A stretch of 64,000 bases of DNA, from contig CAVXWP010000006.1 of NCBI GenBank assembly GCA_963765495.1, positions 128,001-192,000 of the forward strand. Direction: 5' to 3'. The notes under the pieces were generated by a model, which ran no database searches, was not told the DNA's origin, and saw only the letters and a program-made list of their open reading frames with translations. The stretch's first letter is position 1, and each line of letters opens with the position of its first letter. The DNA comes from Blastocatellia bacterium (GTDB lineage: Bacteria; Acidobacteriota; Blastocatellia; UBA7656). Positions 20,491 through 30,216 of this stretch are shown piece by piece. The position numbers and the translations under genes were made by a program.

Positions 20491-21198
20491 ATGGGAGAAC
20501 GAATCACAAATACAGACGAGGTCGAAGAGATAGCCATATCGTTTGAGCGCGCGGCGCTTCGCGCCTACTGGGTTGAAATAGTCTTTGCTCTTGCCCTTGG
20601 TCTTTACGCCGTGCTTGCGGTGCTCGCTCACCGTTATGCTTATTTCAGATGGGATCTTGCGCTTGCCCGAAGCATTCAATCGGTGACGCTGCCGGGGTTT
20701 TACACCTTGATGGTCTGGGTATCCGCGCTCGGAAGCGGCTGGCTTTCTGTGGCGCTCGTTGTGGGCGCGGGCCTGTTTCTGATAGCAGCGCGATTGCGGC
20801 TGGAAGGCTTTATATGCATGGCAAGCGCAGGCCTGGGCGCTCTCATGAATTCAGGGCTGAAGTTATTGAGCGCCAGACCGCGACCCGATCAACTGCTTGT
20901 GCACGTGGTGACGAGCTACGATACCGACAGCTTCCCTTCGGGCCACGTGACTTTCTTTATAAGTTTTTTTGGATTTCTTTTCTTTCTTGCTTATGTGTTG
21001 CTCAGGCGCGGCCCGCTTCGGCGTGCGGCGCTCGCGCTGCTTGGCCTGGCTGTTGCGCTTGTTGGAGTCTCGCGCGTGTATCTGGGCGCGCACTGGCCAA
21101 GCGATGTAGCAGGGTCTTATCTTGCGGGCGGAATGTGGCTGCTATTGATGATAGAAATATACCGGCGACTGAAATCGAACGAGATTCGTGATTCGTGA
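20491..21198 (+). CDS. PAP2 family membrane phosphatase
   Basis: K...RPRP, SFPSGH and SRVYLGAHWPSDV. Confidence 0.92.
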   Translation: MGERITNTDEVEEIAISFERAALRAYWVEIVFALALGLYAVLAVLAHRYAYFRWDLALARSIQSVTLPGFYTLMVWVSALGSGWLSVALVVGAGLFLIAARLRLEGFICMASAGLGALMNSGLKLLSARPRPDQLLVHVVTSYDTDSFPSGHVTFFISFFGFLFFLAYVLLRRGPLRRAALALLGLAVALVGVSRVYLGAHWPSDVAGSYLAGGMWLLLMIEIYRRLKSNEIRDS

Positions 21199-21281
21199 TT
21201 CGTGATCCGTGACCATTAAACATTCTGCTTATGAATAAGGTCATCTGTTTGAAATCACGGATCACGAATCACGAATCTCGT
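21184..21281. repeat. Inverted heptamer arrays (TCGTGAT)n...(ATCACGA)n
   Basis: ttcgtgattcgtgattcgtgatccgtga ... aatcacggatcacgaatcacgaatc. Confidence 0.85.
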
Positions 21282-21373
21282 GACAGGGGCATTTGCTTGC
21301 CAATGCATAAGGCAATTGGTAGTATCACCACAAAATCAATCTTGCGAGAATTGTCGTAAACGGAGGACGAGCC

Positions 21374-23074
21374 ATGACTCGATTGAAGGAATTTCAAGGC
21401 ATCGAAGGCGCGGATTTCTTCGAGCTTGATCGAGGGTTTCAAACCATACTCGGCGGACTCCTTCCAGGACATGAAAAAGACTCCATATTTTTGTCCCTGC
21501 ACGAATGCGCGCGTCTCGTTTCAGGACCGTGGAACGATCTGGCCCGCGAGGGTAGCCGCGCTGAAAACCTGCCGAAGATCATCAAATATGATCGTGTGGG
21601 TAATCGAGTTGAGCGCGTTGATTTCGGGCCATACGCTCGCCGGTTGCGCCGCGAGGTCGCGGAGTTTGGCCTCCTCACAAACCGTCAAAGCGAACTCCAT
21701 AAATTCGCAATCATCTATCTGCTCTCTCATAACGGCGAAGCGTCGCTCACCTGCGGGATCAGTTGCACCGATGGATTGATTCGCGCTATCGAAGCCTGCG
21801 GCTCCGAATTTTTGCGCGAAACCTACCTGCCGCGCCTTCGCTCGATTGAGACCCCGTTTGCCGGAGCGCAGTTTGTAACCGAGCAATCGGGCGGCTCGGA
21901 TGTAGGCGCTATCGAAGCCGAGGCCGAAGTCGGCGACGACGGGTGGAAAATTACGGGCGAGAAATGGTTCTGCTCAAACCCGGATGAGTTCTATCTTGTG
22001 GCGGCGCGAGTCGCTCGCTCTGAGCCGGGCACAAAGGGGGTTGCGGTCTTTCACGTGCCGCGAGTCCTGCCCGACGGGTCGTTGAATTCGATCTCGTTTA
22101 AGAGGCTAAAGAACAAGCTTGGCACGCAGTCGCTGCCCACGGCAGAGATTGATTTCGAAGGCGCTACCGGATACCCGATTGGCGATACGGGTAAAGGGTT
22201 CAAGACGCTGATGAATTATGTTATCAATGCCTCGCGCGTCCATAACTCGACAGGCTCCTGCGGGCTTTTGCATCGAGCCTTCCTTGAAGCGCGCAACTAT
22301 GCCCGCCAGCGCGAAGCCTTTGGCGGCGCGCTTATCACTTACCCCCTGATTCAGGAAACGCTTGTCGCGCTTCTGGAAAAATCCTGGCGTTACCGCTTGC
22401 TGACCTTCAAGCTCATCGCGCTTATTGATGAGCACGGAATCGCCCCCCGCGACGCGGATCAGATGATGTGGCAGCGATTCCTTTTGAATCTGGCCAAGTA
22501 CCGCACTGCCGCTACGCTCGCGCGCTCGATACAGGAAGCGATAATGGTGCTCGGGGCAAACGGCATAGTGGAAGATTTCACGATCCTGCCCCGGCTGCTC
22601 AGAGACGCTTTGATACTGGAAACATGGGAAGGTCCACATAATACGCTCTGCCTGCAAATCATGCGAGACGCGGCGCGCTCAGAACTTCCCGGCCGCTGGG
22701 TGGCAGAGATCCAGGCGGCGCTCGAAGCCTGGCCACAGGACTTTCTTTCATTCACTCGAGCAGGTTTCGAGCAGGTTTTTAATCAGACAAAAGAACTCTT
22801 CACCCACGAGCGAATACAAAATACCGCCTGGGCATCAACGCACGCGCGGCGAGTCGTGGACCGGCTCGGCGCTTTGCTTGAGATAGCCTGGATGGCTAAC
22901 CTGGCCGCGCGCCATTCAAATGATGCGACCGCTGCTTTGTTGACCTCGGTGGCCGGATATAATTTGCTGCCGCTCGAAAACGCGTTCGAGCATCCGGCGC
23001 TCGGCGTGCTCGCGCGCGACGGGGTTTCTCTGATCGAAGAACAGGCTATTCAATCCGACGTAAACAGGTTGTAA
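21374..23074 (+). CDS. Acyl-CoA dehydrogenase family protein (AidB-like)
   Basis: QFVTEQSGGSDV, GEKWFCS, RLKNKLGTQSLPTAEI and ETWEGPHN. Confidence 0.88.
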   Translation: MTRLKEFQGIEGADFFELDRGFQTILGGLLPGHEKDSIFLSLHECARLVSGPWNDLAREGSRAENLPKIIKYDRVGNRVERVDFGPYARRLRREVAEFGLLTNRQSELHKFAIIYLLSHNGEASLTCGISCTDGLIRAIEACGSEFLRETYLPRLRSIETPFAGAQFVTEQSGGSDVGAIEAEAEVGDDGWKITGEKWFCSNPDEFYLVAARVARSEPGTKGVAVFHVPRVLPDGSLNSISFKRLKNKLGTQSLPTAEIDFEGATGYPIGDTGKGFKTLMNYVINASRVHNSTGSCGLLHRAFLEARNYARQREAFGGALITYPLIQETLVALLEKSWRYRLLTFKLIALIDEHGIAPRDADQMMWQRFLLNLAKYRTAATLARSIQEAIMVLGANGIVEDFTILPRLLRDALILETWEGPHNTLCLQIMRDAARSELPGRWVAEIQAALEAWPQDFLSFTRAGFEQVFNQTKELFTHERIQNTAWASTHARRVVDRLGALLEIAWMANLAARHSNDATAALLTSVAGYNLLPLENAFEHPALGVLARDGVSLIEEQAIQSDVNRL

Positions 23075-23321
23075 TCGGTATCGCACAGGGCGCGACGACG
23101 ACGAGTCGCCTCTCTTTCCTCTCGTTCGCCTGCGCGTCTTTCTTCGTTCTGTCAGTAAAGGCTCATTTCACTCAAACAAGATTGCAGACCGGGTAAGCCC
23201 GAGCGGGCACCCGCAATATTTGCCACTCGTTCGGCGTCTCTCTAGTTGAGAGCAAAATAACACTCGCAACCCAATATAGACAGGCACGGCTCGTCCGGGC
23301 CGGTGCCGGATAGGAGAAGAC

Positions 23322-24752
23322 ATGATTAGCATTGACACGCTCAATACGATGATTGCCGTGGTAGTCGTGATTCTTGTTTTAAGCCTGATTGTTCAGACAT
23401 TACAGGGGTTGATTAAGAAGCTTTTTAAGCTGAAATCGCAACAGATCGAATCGTCGCTGATAGACCTTTTTGAAAATGCGCTCAACGCCTCCGAAAGCGA
23501 TATACCAAAACGGTATGAGAGCCTCCTTGCGCGTTTCAGGATAATGAGATGGCTATATGCGAAGGTCATGAGAAGAGAGCATCCGTCTGTTCAACTCGAC
23601 CCCAGGGTCCAGGCGCTATATCAGGAGGTGACGAAAAAGTTCAAGCAGGTAGGCCGCGTAGCCGTAACCGGCAAACCGGATTATGAATCCATAGCCAGAA
23701 ACGATTTGCTCAAGGTCATGGACAGGCTTCCAATCAAGACGCTGTTTCCTGAGTTTGCGACCAAAATTCAAACGGCCTGCGATCAGATCAGGTCGCTTGA
23801 AGCTGATCTGAAAAAGATACAGGACGAAGGATTGGCCGTTCACCTCAGCGAAACATCGGCCATCAAGTTTAGCGCCATGCGCGAAGCCGTCGCGCCGCTT
23901 CTCAACGATACCGGTTCGTTGCTGGCCGGAGGTGCAGTCAACCCGGAATCAATCGCCGCAGACATATTCAACCTGCGCGAGATCAAATTCACTGATATCC
24001 TGAAGATCCTCAATGACGTTCAGGCCAGTGCCGAACAAGACCTCAACGCGGCCAGACAAGGCGGCGATCAAATCAAGATCGACGGTCTTGGCGCTCTGGT
24101 AGAGGCGCTAAAGCGGGTGAACGATGCGCTCATCAAATTCAGGGTAGAAGTGGCCTCGGCGATCACGCCCCTGCGCGACAAACTGCTAAAGGTGAGAACC
24201 GAAGTCTCAACATGGTACGACACCGTGATGCAGAGCTTCGAAGAACGATACAGCCGCAGCATGAAGACTTACGCTGTGATACTCAGTTTTTTGGTGGTTG
24301 TCTTTTTCAACGCCAACTTCTTTAACATCTACTCAAGCATTGCCGGAAACGCGATGTTGCAGGCTCAACTTGCAGAGTTGGGGCAGACCATAAATAGCCA
24401 GGCCGCCAATCAGGGAAATCAACCGGCCACGCAACCGAACCAGGCGCAGGCAGATCAGTCATTCGCTCAGTTGAAAGAGCAGATGGATCAATACGCGAAC
24501 CTGGGATTTAAGCCGCTCACCCTGCAACAGGCAAGCGTCTGGTGGCACGCATGGACGCTCAGCACATACCAGCTAAAGCAGGACGGGCGGGTGCTGCTCG
24601 GGTGGCTGGTTATGACGCTATTGCTCAGCATAGGCGCGCCCTTCTGGCAGGATACCCTGGAGTCGCTGTTTGGCGTCAAGAACCTGATACGCAAGAAAGG
24701 CGACATAAGAAAGGTCGAAGAACAAAGCGGCGAAGGGATGACTAAATCTTAA
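23322..24752 (+). CDS. Hypothetical membrane protein with a coiled-coil middle
   Basis: N-terminal TM, WYDTVMQSFEERY, two further TMs and a C-terminal GW...SIGAPFW motif; AGGAG SD. Confidence 0.7.
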   Translation: MISIDTLNTMIAVVVVILVLSLIVQTLQGLIKKLFKLKSQQIESSLIDLFENALNASESDIPKRYESLLARFRIMRWLYAKVMRREHPSVQLDPRVQALYQEVTKKFKQVGRVAVTGKPDYESIARNDLLKVMDRLPIKTLFPEFATKIQTACDQIRSLEADLKKIQDEGLAVHLSETSAIKFSAMREAVAPLLNDTGSLLAGGAVNPESIAADIFNLREIKFTDILKILNDVQASAEQDLNAARQGGDQIKIDGLGALVEALKRVNDALIKFRVEVASAITPLRDKLLKVRTEVSTWYDTVMQSFEERYSRSMKTYAVILSFLVVVFFNANFFNIYSSIAGNAMLQAQLAELGQTINSQAANQGNQPATQPNQAQADQSFAQLKEQMDQYANLGFKPLTLQQASVWWHAWTLSTYQLKQDGRVLLGWLVMTLLLSIGAPFWQDTLESLFGVKNLIRKKGDIRKVEEQSGEGMTKS

Positions 24753-24806
24753 ATCATTACCGCAAGAGATTGGAACGGATGAAAGGGTGTGAAGAGCTGA
24801 TTTTTT

Positions 24807-24881
24807 TAGACAGGATTAAGGATTAACAGGATTTCTCCAGGCATCATTCAACAATCTTGTTAATCTTGTTAATCCTGTCTG
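24807..24881. repeat. Inverted 9-mer intergenic element
   Basis: agacaggattaaggattaacaggatt ... aatcttgttaatcttgttaatcctgtct. Confidence 0.75.
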
Positions 24882-24942
24882 ATTTTTTCGCTCTTCACGC
24901 ACACTTTCATTTGCACAAAGCTCTTGCGGTCTGATTTACCAG

Positions 24943-25098
24943 CAGGGCTATTGCAAAGTAGCTTGACATGTATGGTAGGGGCAGGGCTTGTCCCTGCCCG
25001 GATCGCCCGAAGGGCGATGACTGTCATCGCGCTTACGCGCGATTCGGGCAGCCACAAGGGCTGCCCCTACATTTTTGCTCGACTTTGCAATAGCCCTG
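24943..25098. mobile_element. 156-bp MITE with 17-bp TIRs, a 10-bp TSD and an internal REP doublet
   Basis: TIR CAGGGCTATTGCAAAGT (24943-24959) and its perfect reverse complement (25082-25098); GATTTACCAG duplicated at 24933-24942 and 25099-25108. Confidence 0.9.
24975..25070. repeat. GTAG-type REP pair in inverted orientation (REPIN-like)
   Basis: GTAGGGGCAGGGCTTGTCCCTGCCC and, on the minus strand, GTAGGGGCAGCCCTTGTGGCTGCCC. Confidence 0.8.
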
Positions 25099-25270
25099 GA
25101 TTTACCAGCCCTGTGCTTGCAAAAAACTTCGGTTTCCTTAAGACTTTAAGTATGTGGAGCTTTATAAGAAAAGATTCCAGTGACTGCCGGATGCCGGTCT
25201 TTCATCCCTGAACACCGCGAACGTCCATTCGCCCCGGCTCGGCACGAGCACAAACATTAAGGGGGAACGG

Positions 25271-25792
25271 ATGCTCAATTTTATCAAGAAACTCTTGCCT
25301 GACCCGGAGCAATTGCGCAGGGATTTGCAGCAGGGCGATGGTGGCGACCTCTTTAGGCGACGCGCCATCATAGGTTTGTCGCTATTTGGCATGGCCAACA
25401 TGGCGGCGGTCACTCTGTTGCAAAACGGCATGGTGAAACGTCTGCCGGAGTTGCCGCTCGATAGCTTCGATGCAAGGAAGGTCAACTTATCGCTGACTGC
25501 CTATCAATTTGGCGCGCCCGACGGCACGCTCGGGCTGGCGAGCCTCGCTCTCAACCTGCCGCTTGCGGCATTTGGCGGCTCTCATAGAGCGAACGAACAA
25601 TCGATGGTTCCGATTCTTGCGGCGGCCAAGGCTGCGCTCGATGCGGCTGCTGCGGGCTGGTTCTTCTACCACATGCCAGCGAAAGAGAAAGCCTGGTGTA
25701 GTTACTGCATTGCGGGCGCTGCGACAAATTTTGCGATCCTTGCGCTCGCGTGGCCGGAGGCGCGCAAGGCATTGAAATTGCTGAAAGAATAA
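25271..25792 (+). CDS. Vitamin K epoxide reductase (VKOR)-like membrane protein
   Basis: TM helices, S.AY.FG.PD motif and WCSYC CxxC near the C-terminus. Confidence 0.75.
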   Translation: MLNFIKKLLPDPEQLRRDLQQGDGGDLFRRRAIIGLSLFGMANMAAVTLLQNGMVKRLPELPLDSFDARKVNLSLTAYQFGAPDGTLGLASLALNLPLAAFGGSHRANEQSMVPILAAAKAALDAAAAGWFFYHMPAKEKAWCSYCIAGAATNFAILALAWPEARKALKLLKE

Positions 25793-25878
25793 GAGGGCGC
25801 AGATGGCCTGAAAACTTACGGCCATCAACCCTGTCGAGACCTTGTGAGACAGATCGAACAGATTTAACGGGGGGAATT

Positions 25879-26451
25879 ATGTTGTTTATACGCAAAAAAC
25901 GGGAAGTAAATGTCTGGAAGGGGCTGGCCGCCGGACTCGTCGCCGGGCTTGTGTCCAGTTATGCAATGAACGGGTTTCAGGCTCTCTGGAGCAAGCTGTC
26001 TGAAAACGGCAACGATTCCGAGGATCAGAAATCTTCAAAGCGAGAAGCAAAAAGCGAAGGAGCAAAAAACAAAGGAGCAAAGAGCGAAGAAGAGAGCGAA
26101 GACGCTACGGTGAAGACGGCCTCAGCCATATCTGAAAACGTCTTTGATCACAGATTGACAAAGAGCGAAAAGAAGGTAGCCGGTCCGGCGGTTCACTATT
26201 CATTCGGGACGGCGATGGGCGGATTTTACGGCGCGATGGCCGAGTTTGTGCCTGCTTTTACGACGGGGGCGGGCGCTCCGTTTGGCGCGGCCGTATGGGC
26301 TGCGGCGGATGAGGTGGCGCTGCCCGCACTGGGGTTGACGAAATCTCCAACCGAGTATCCGATCTCTAATCACGCGTACGCGCTCGCTTCACACATAGTT
26401 TATGGTGTGACGACTGATGCCGTACGCCGTCTCGTGCGCAGGGCGCTCTGA
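25879..26451 (+). CDS. DUF1440-like membrane protein
   Basis: GLAAGLVAG, VHYSFG, ADEVALPALGL and HIVYG. Confidence 0.75.
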   Translation: MLFIRKKREVNVWKGLAAGLVAGLVSSYAMNGFQALWSKLSENGNDSEDQKSSKREAKSEGAKNKGAKSEEESEDATVKTASAISENVFDHRLTKSEKKVAGPAVHYSFGTAMGGFYGAMAEFVPAFTTGAGAPFGAAVWAAADEVALPALGLTKSPTEYPISNHAYALASHIVYGVTTDAVRRLVRRAL

Positions 26452-26649
26452 TGACAGGGGCCGATTGTCTGCTTGTGAAGAAGAGATTGAATCGAGATGA
26501 GCAGGATCAGGGTAATAACAACCGAGTGAGGGGAAGCGGATCGGGCTAATTTGCGCCGATCCGCAAAAACACGCATGCGCGCATATGTCTCATCCCGTCC
26601 ATCTGCGGGCTATTGCCTGTTATGCTGATTCAACTGCACAGAAACACTT

Positions 26650-28974
26650 ATGACTGAAAGCCTCAGAAACTCTCTCGTACGTCTGCGTCCGGGCAATGAT
26701 GTTCTTTGCGTCAGCCAGAGCCGCACGGTCTTTGTCACCGAACGCGATGGCTTTATCGACGACGGAGAAGACCATGGATTGTTCGTGCATCAAACCCGTC
26801 TCCTTTCCAGGTATCGCTATCTGATAGACGGGAATCCGCCTCAGCCGGTCGCGCTTTCGAACGTCGAGCAGCATTCGTGGCTCGGGTATTACATAGCCTT
26901 GCCGCCCAAAATCGAATTGATGGAGGAGGATGAAGGCAGCGGTCAGATGAAGGCCGTTTCGGAACAGACGCTCGAATTGCGAGTCTCTCGCCTGGTTGGC
27001 GAGGGCGTCCACGAAGACATAGACCTGACCAACTTCAGCAGGCAGCCGACAACATTTCGGCTCGAAGTTGAAGCGGACGCGGATTTCCGGGACCAGATCG
27101 AAACAGGAGGCGAACGAAAACAGCACGGCACAATCACGCGGGCGTGGAAGAGCGCAGATATTGGCGTGTGGGAACTCGCCTTCGATTATGAAGCGGAGCA
27201 TCATTACAGTCATCAAGGAAACGAGGGCGTAGAGCGAATTCATCGTGGCCTCACGCTTCGCATAGAGCATGCCGATACGGTTCCTTTATACGAAAACGGG
27301 CGACTCAGCTTTCGCATACATCTTCCTCCGCTAGGCAGGTGGCATACCTGTATCAAGCTGATTCCCTTCATCGACGGCAAATTCATGCCGCCGCTTTACG
27401 GATGCCACGCCTTTGGCGGCACGCATAACGAGTATGACAGGCGTCGTAATATCTTCCTCGACGAAGCGACCATCTTTTCTACGCCCGCAAGCAACACGCT
27501 CGCAGGCGTTGTGATTGGCGCGCTCGAACAGGGGAAACGCGACCTGGCGGCGCTCCGGCTCTATGATCTCGATGTAGCGGAGCGCGAATGGATAATGGCG
27601 GCCGGGCTTCCGATCTATATCGCGCTCTTTGGCAGAGATGTGCTGACCGCTTCATGGCAATCGTCTACCGTGGGCACAGAGATGATGCGAGGCGCGCTCA
27701 GGGAGCTTGCCCTGTGGCAGGGTGATGAAATCAATGACTGGCGCGACGAGCAACCGGGTCGCATGCTCCACGAGGCGCATACCGGCCCGCTCGCCGTGCT
27801 GAATTACAATCCTCGCCGCCGCTACTATGGCTCGAATACTTCGGCATCCTTTTATCCCGTAGCCGTTTCGGAACTGTGGCACTGGACGGGCGACCGGGAT
27901 TTGATAGGCCCGCTAATCGAACCCGCGCTCAAGGCGCTTCGCTGGCTGGACGAATACGGTGATATCGACGGCGATGGTTTCTCCGAGTACAAGACGCGCT
28001 CCGAGCAGGGCGTCAAGCATCAGGGGTGGAAAGACTCGCCCGATGCCATAGTGTATGAAGACGGGCGACAGGTCGAACCGCCTCTGGGCACTTGCGAGGA
28101 GCAGGCATTCAAGTACGGGGCAAAATTCCGAATGTCGGAAGTCCTCTGGTGGATGGGCGACAGGGACGAGGCCCTACGGCTCTACAGAGAGGCCGCCGAA
28201 CTCAAGAAGCGATTCAACGAAACGTTCTGGATGGAAGATGAAGGATTCTTTGCAATGGGGCTTGACTGTGAAAACCGGCAGATCAAATCGATAGGCTCGA
28301 ATCCCGGCCATTGCCTGGCAGCAGCCATCGTGGACGAGTCGCTTGTCGAGAAGACGGCCGACCGATTGATGAAAGAAGACCTGTTTACAGGGTGGGGAAT
28401 AAGGACGCTCTCATCCAGACATCCGGCATTCAATCCATACAGCTATCACAGGGGTTCGGTGTGGCCGGTCGAGCAGGGGACGTTCGCGCTCGGATTTGCT
28501 CGGTATGGTCTGTATGAGCATCTGGAAAAGATATGCCGGGCGCAGTTTGAGGCCGCTGCCCTGTTTGATTTTCTCCGCCTGCCGGAACTCTTCAGCGGCC
28601 ATCAAAGAGACCGCGAGCATCCGTTCCCGGCCTTCTATCCGCAGGCCAACTCTCCACAGGCATGGTCGGCCTCGACGGTCTTCTGCCTGCTGCAAGCAAT
28701 GTTGAGCCTCTACCCTTACGCGCCGTTGAATATGCTGCTGGTCGATCCCCGCCTGCCGGAATGGCTGCCTGAGATCACGCTTCGCAATCTGCGGGTCGGA
28801 GATGCGGTCACAACTATTCGTTTCTATCGCAAGGAAGAGGGAACGAGCGATTACGAAATTTTAGACAAGCGCGGGTCGTTGCACGTACTCAGGCAACCAA
28901 GCCCGTGGTCATTGACGGCGAGCTTTGCCGAGCGCGCACGCGATGCGCTCGCAAGCCTGCTGCCGGGGAGATGA
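26650..28974 (+). CDS. Glycogen debranching / amylo-alpha-1,6-glucosidase-like protein
   Basis: ALFGRDVL, EQPGRMLHE, QGWKDS, YHRGSVWP and RLPELFSG. Confidence 0.88.
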   Translation: MTESLRNSLVRLRPGNDVLCVSQSRTVFVTERDGFIDDGEDHGLFVHQTRLLSRYRYLIDGNPPQPVALSNVEQHSWLGYYIALPPKIELMEEDEGSGQMKAVSEQTLELRVSRLVGEGVHEDIDLTNFSRQPTTFRLEVEADADFRDQIETGGERKQHGTITRAWKSADIGVWELAFDYEAEHHYSHQGNEGVERIHRGLTLRIEHADTVPLYENGRLSFRIHLPPLGRWHTCIKLIPFIDGKFMPPLYGCHAFGGTHNEYDRRRNIFLDEATIFSTPASNTLAGVVIGALEQGKRDLAALRLYDLDVAEREWIMAAGLPIYIALFGRDVLTASWQSSTVGTEMMRGALRELALWQGDEINDWRDEQPGRMLHEAHTGPLAVLNYNPRRRYYGSNTSASFYPVAVSELWHWTGDRDLIGPLIEPALKALRWLDEYGDIDGDGFSEYKTRSEQGVKHQGWKDSPDAIVYEDGRQVEPPLGTCEEQAFKYGAKFRMSEVLWWMGDRDEALRLYREAAELKKRFNETFWMEDEGFFAMGLDCENRQIKSIGSNPGHCLAAAIVDESLVEKTADRLMKEDLFTGWGIRTLSSRHPAFNPYSYHRGSVWPVEQGTFALGFARYGLYEHLEKICRAQFEAAALFDFLRLPELFSGHQRDREHPFPAFYPQANSPQAWSASTVFCLLQAMLSLYPYAPLNMLLVDPRLPEWLPEITLRNLRVGDAVTTIRFYRKEEGTSDYEILDKRGSLHVLRQPSPWSLTASFAERARDALASLLPGR

Positions 28975-29024
28975 AAATTGTAAACGTCAACTCATAACAA
29001 TTCATAAAGGGAGGGAAATGGAAC

Positions 29025-30077
29025 ATGAACTATTCAGATAAATCAGAAGTGGTTGTCGTAACCGGAGCGTCCGCAGGAGTCGGACGCGCAACGGTGAGGG
29101 CATTTGCAAAAGAGGGAGCCCGCATTGGGCTCGTCGCGCGCGGGCGCGAGGGTCTGGAAGGTGCGCGCAGGGAAGTCGAAGAGCTTGGAGGCAAGGCGCT
29201 CGTACTGCCTACTGACGTATCGGACGCCGCTCAGGTAGAGGCCGCCGCCCAGATGGTCGAAGAAGAATTCGGCCCAATCGACACGTGGGTCAACAATGCT
29301 ATGGTGTCGGTCTTTTCGCCTATAAAAGAGATGACCGCCGAGGAATTTAAACGCGTAACTGATGTTACGTATCTGGGCGTAGTCTATGGGACGCTCTCCG
29401 CCTTGCGGCGCATGCTCCCGCGCGACCGGGGGGTGATCATTCAGGTAGGCTCTGCGCTCGCCTATCGGGGCATACCACTGCAAGCGGCCTATTGCGGCGC
29501 AAAGCACGCCATTCAGGGGTTCGTCGATTCGTTGCGCACGGAGTTGCTTCACGACAACAGCCGGGTGAGAGTGACTATGGTGCAGATGCCCGCGCTCAAC
29601 ACGCCGCAATTCGGATGGGTCAAGTCGCGCCTCCCCAACAAGGCTCAGCCGGTCCCGCCTATTTTTCAGCCGGAAGTCGCAGCCGAAGCCATTCTTTATG
29701 CCGCTCATAATGACCGGCGCGAAATGTATATAGGCGTGCCCACGGTGAAGGCAGTCGTAGGCAACAAGATTGCGCCGGGATTTGCCGATCATGTGCTTGC
29801 AAGAAACGGCTATGAGTCTCAGCAAACCGACGAGCCGGAAGACCCGAACCGCCCCGATAATCTGTGGGAGCCGGTTCCGGGCGATCACGGGGCGCACGGC
29901 GATTTCGACACGCGAGCGCGCGAATGGAGTCCGCAACTCTGGGCCAGCACCCATCGCAATTTGCTGGCACTTGCAGGCGCGGGGCTTGCGGGTGCGGCTC
30001 TTGCAGTTTTCAAGAGTCTGAACGGCAACGGCAGGAAGAAAGGATTCGAACGCCTGCTCTCTTCGATCACAGGTTAA
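29025..30077 (+). CDS. SDR family oxidoreductase
   Basis: TGASAGVG, NNA and YCGAK (YxxxK). Confidence 0.92.
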   Translation: MNYSDKSEVVVVTGASAGVGRATVRAFAKEGARIGLVARGREGLEGARREVEELGGKALVLPTDVSDAAQVEAAAQMVEEEFGPIDTWVNNAMVSVFSPIKEMTAEEFKRVTDVTYLGVVYGTLSALRRMLPRDRGVIIQVGSALAYRGIPLQAAYCGAKHAIQGFVDSLRTELLHDNSRVRVTMVQMPALNTPQFGWVKSRLPNKAQPVPPIFQPEVAAEAILYAAHNDRREMYIGVPTVKAVVGNKIAPGFADHVLARNGYESQQTDEPEDPNRPDNLWEPVPGDHGAHGDFDTRAREWSPQLWASTHRNLLALAGAGLAGAALAVFKSLNGNGRKKGFERLLSSITG

Positions 30078-30102
30078 ACGGCAAATTACCGTCCTCATTT
30101 TC

Positions 30103-30118
30103 TGGCACACCGATTGAA
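30103..30118 (+). promoter_or_regulatory. Possible sigma54 promoter (-12 variant) of the rhodanese gene
   Basis: TGGCACACCGATTGAA: canonical -24 box, GA instead of GC at -12. Confidence 0.4.
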
Positions 30119-30216
30119 CTATATTAACCGTTCGGTCTGACGCCGAAAGACTGACTCGTTTCAGTGCGAGAAAGGGTCTGGAAGGCGCTCAGACTGTTCG
30201 GAAGGAGTATAGAAAC

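Noticed and set aside
24924-25211. Short ORFs over the MITE
   Set aside because: Translations of palindromic repeat sequence with no SD or domain
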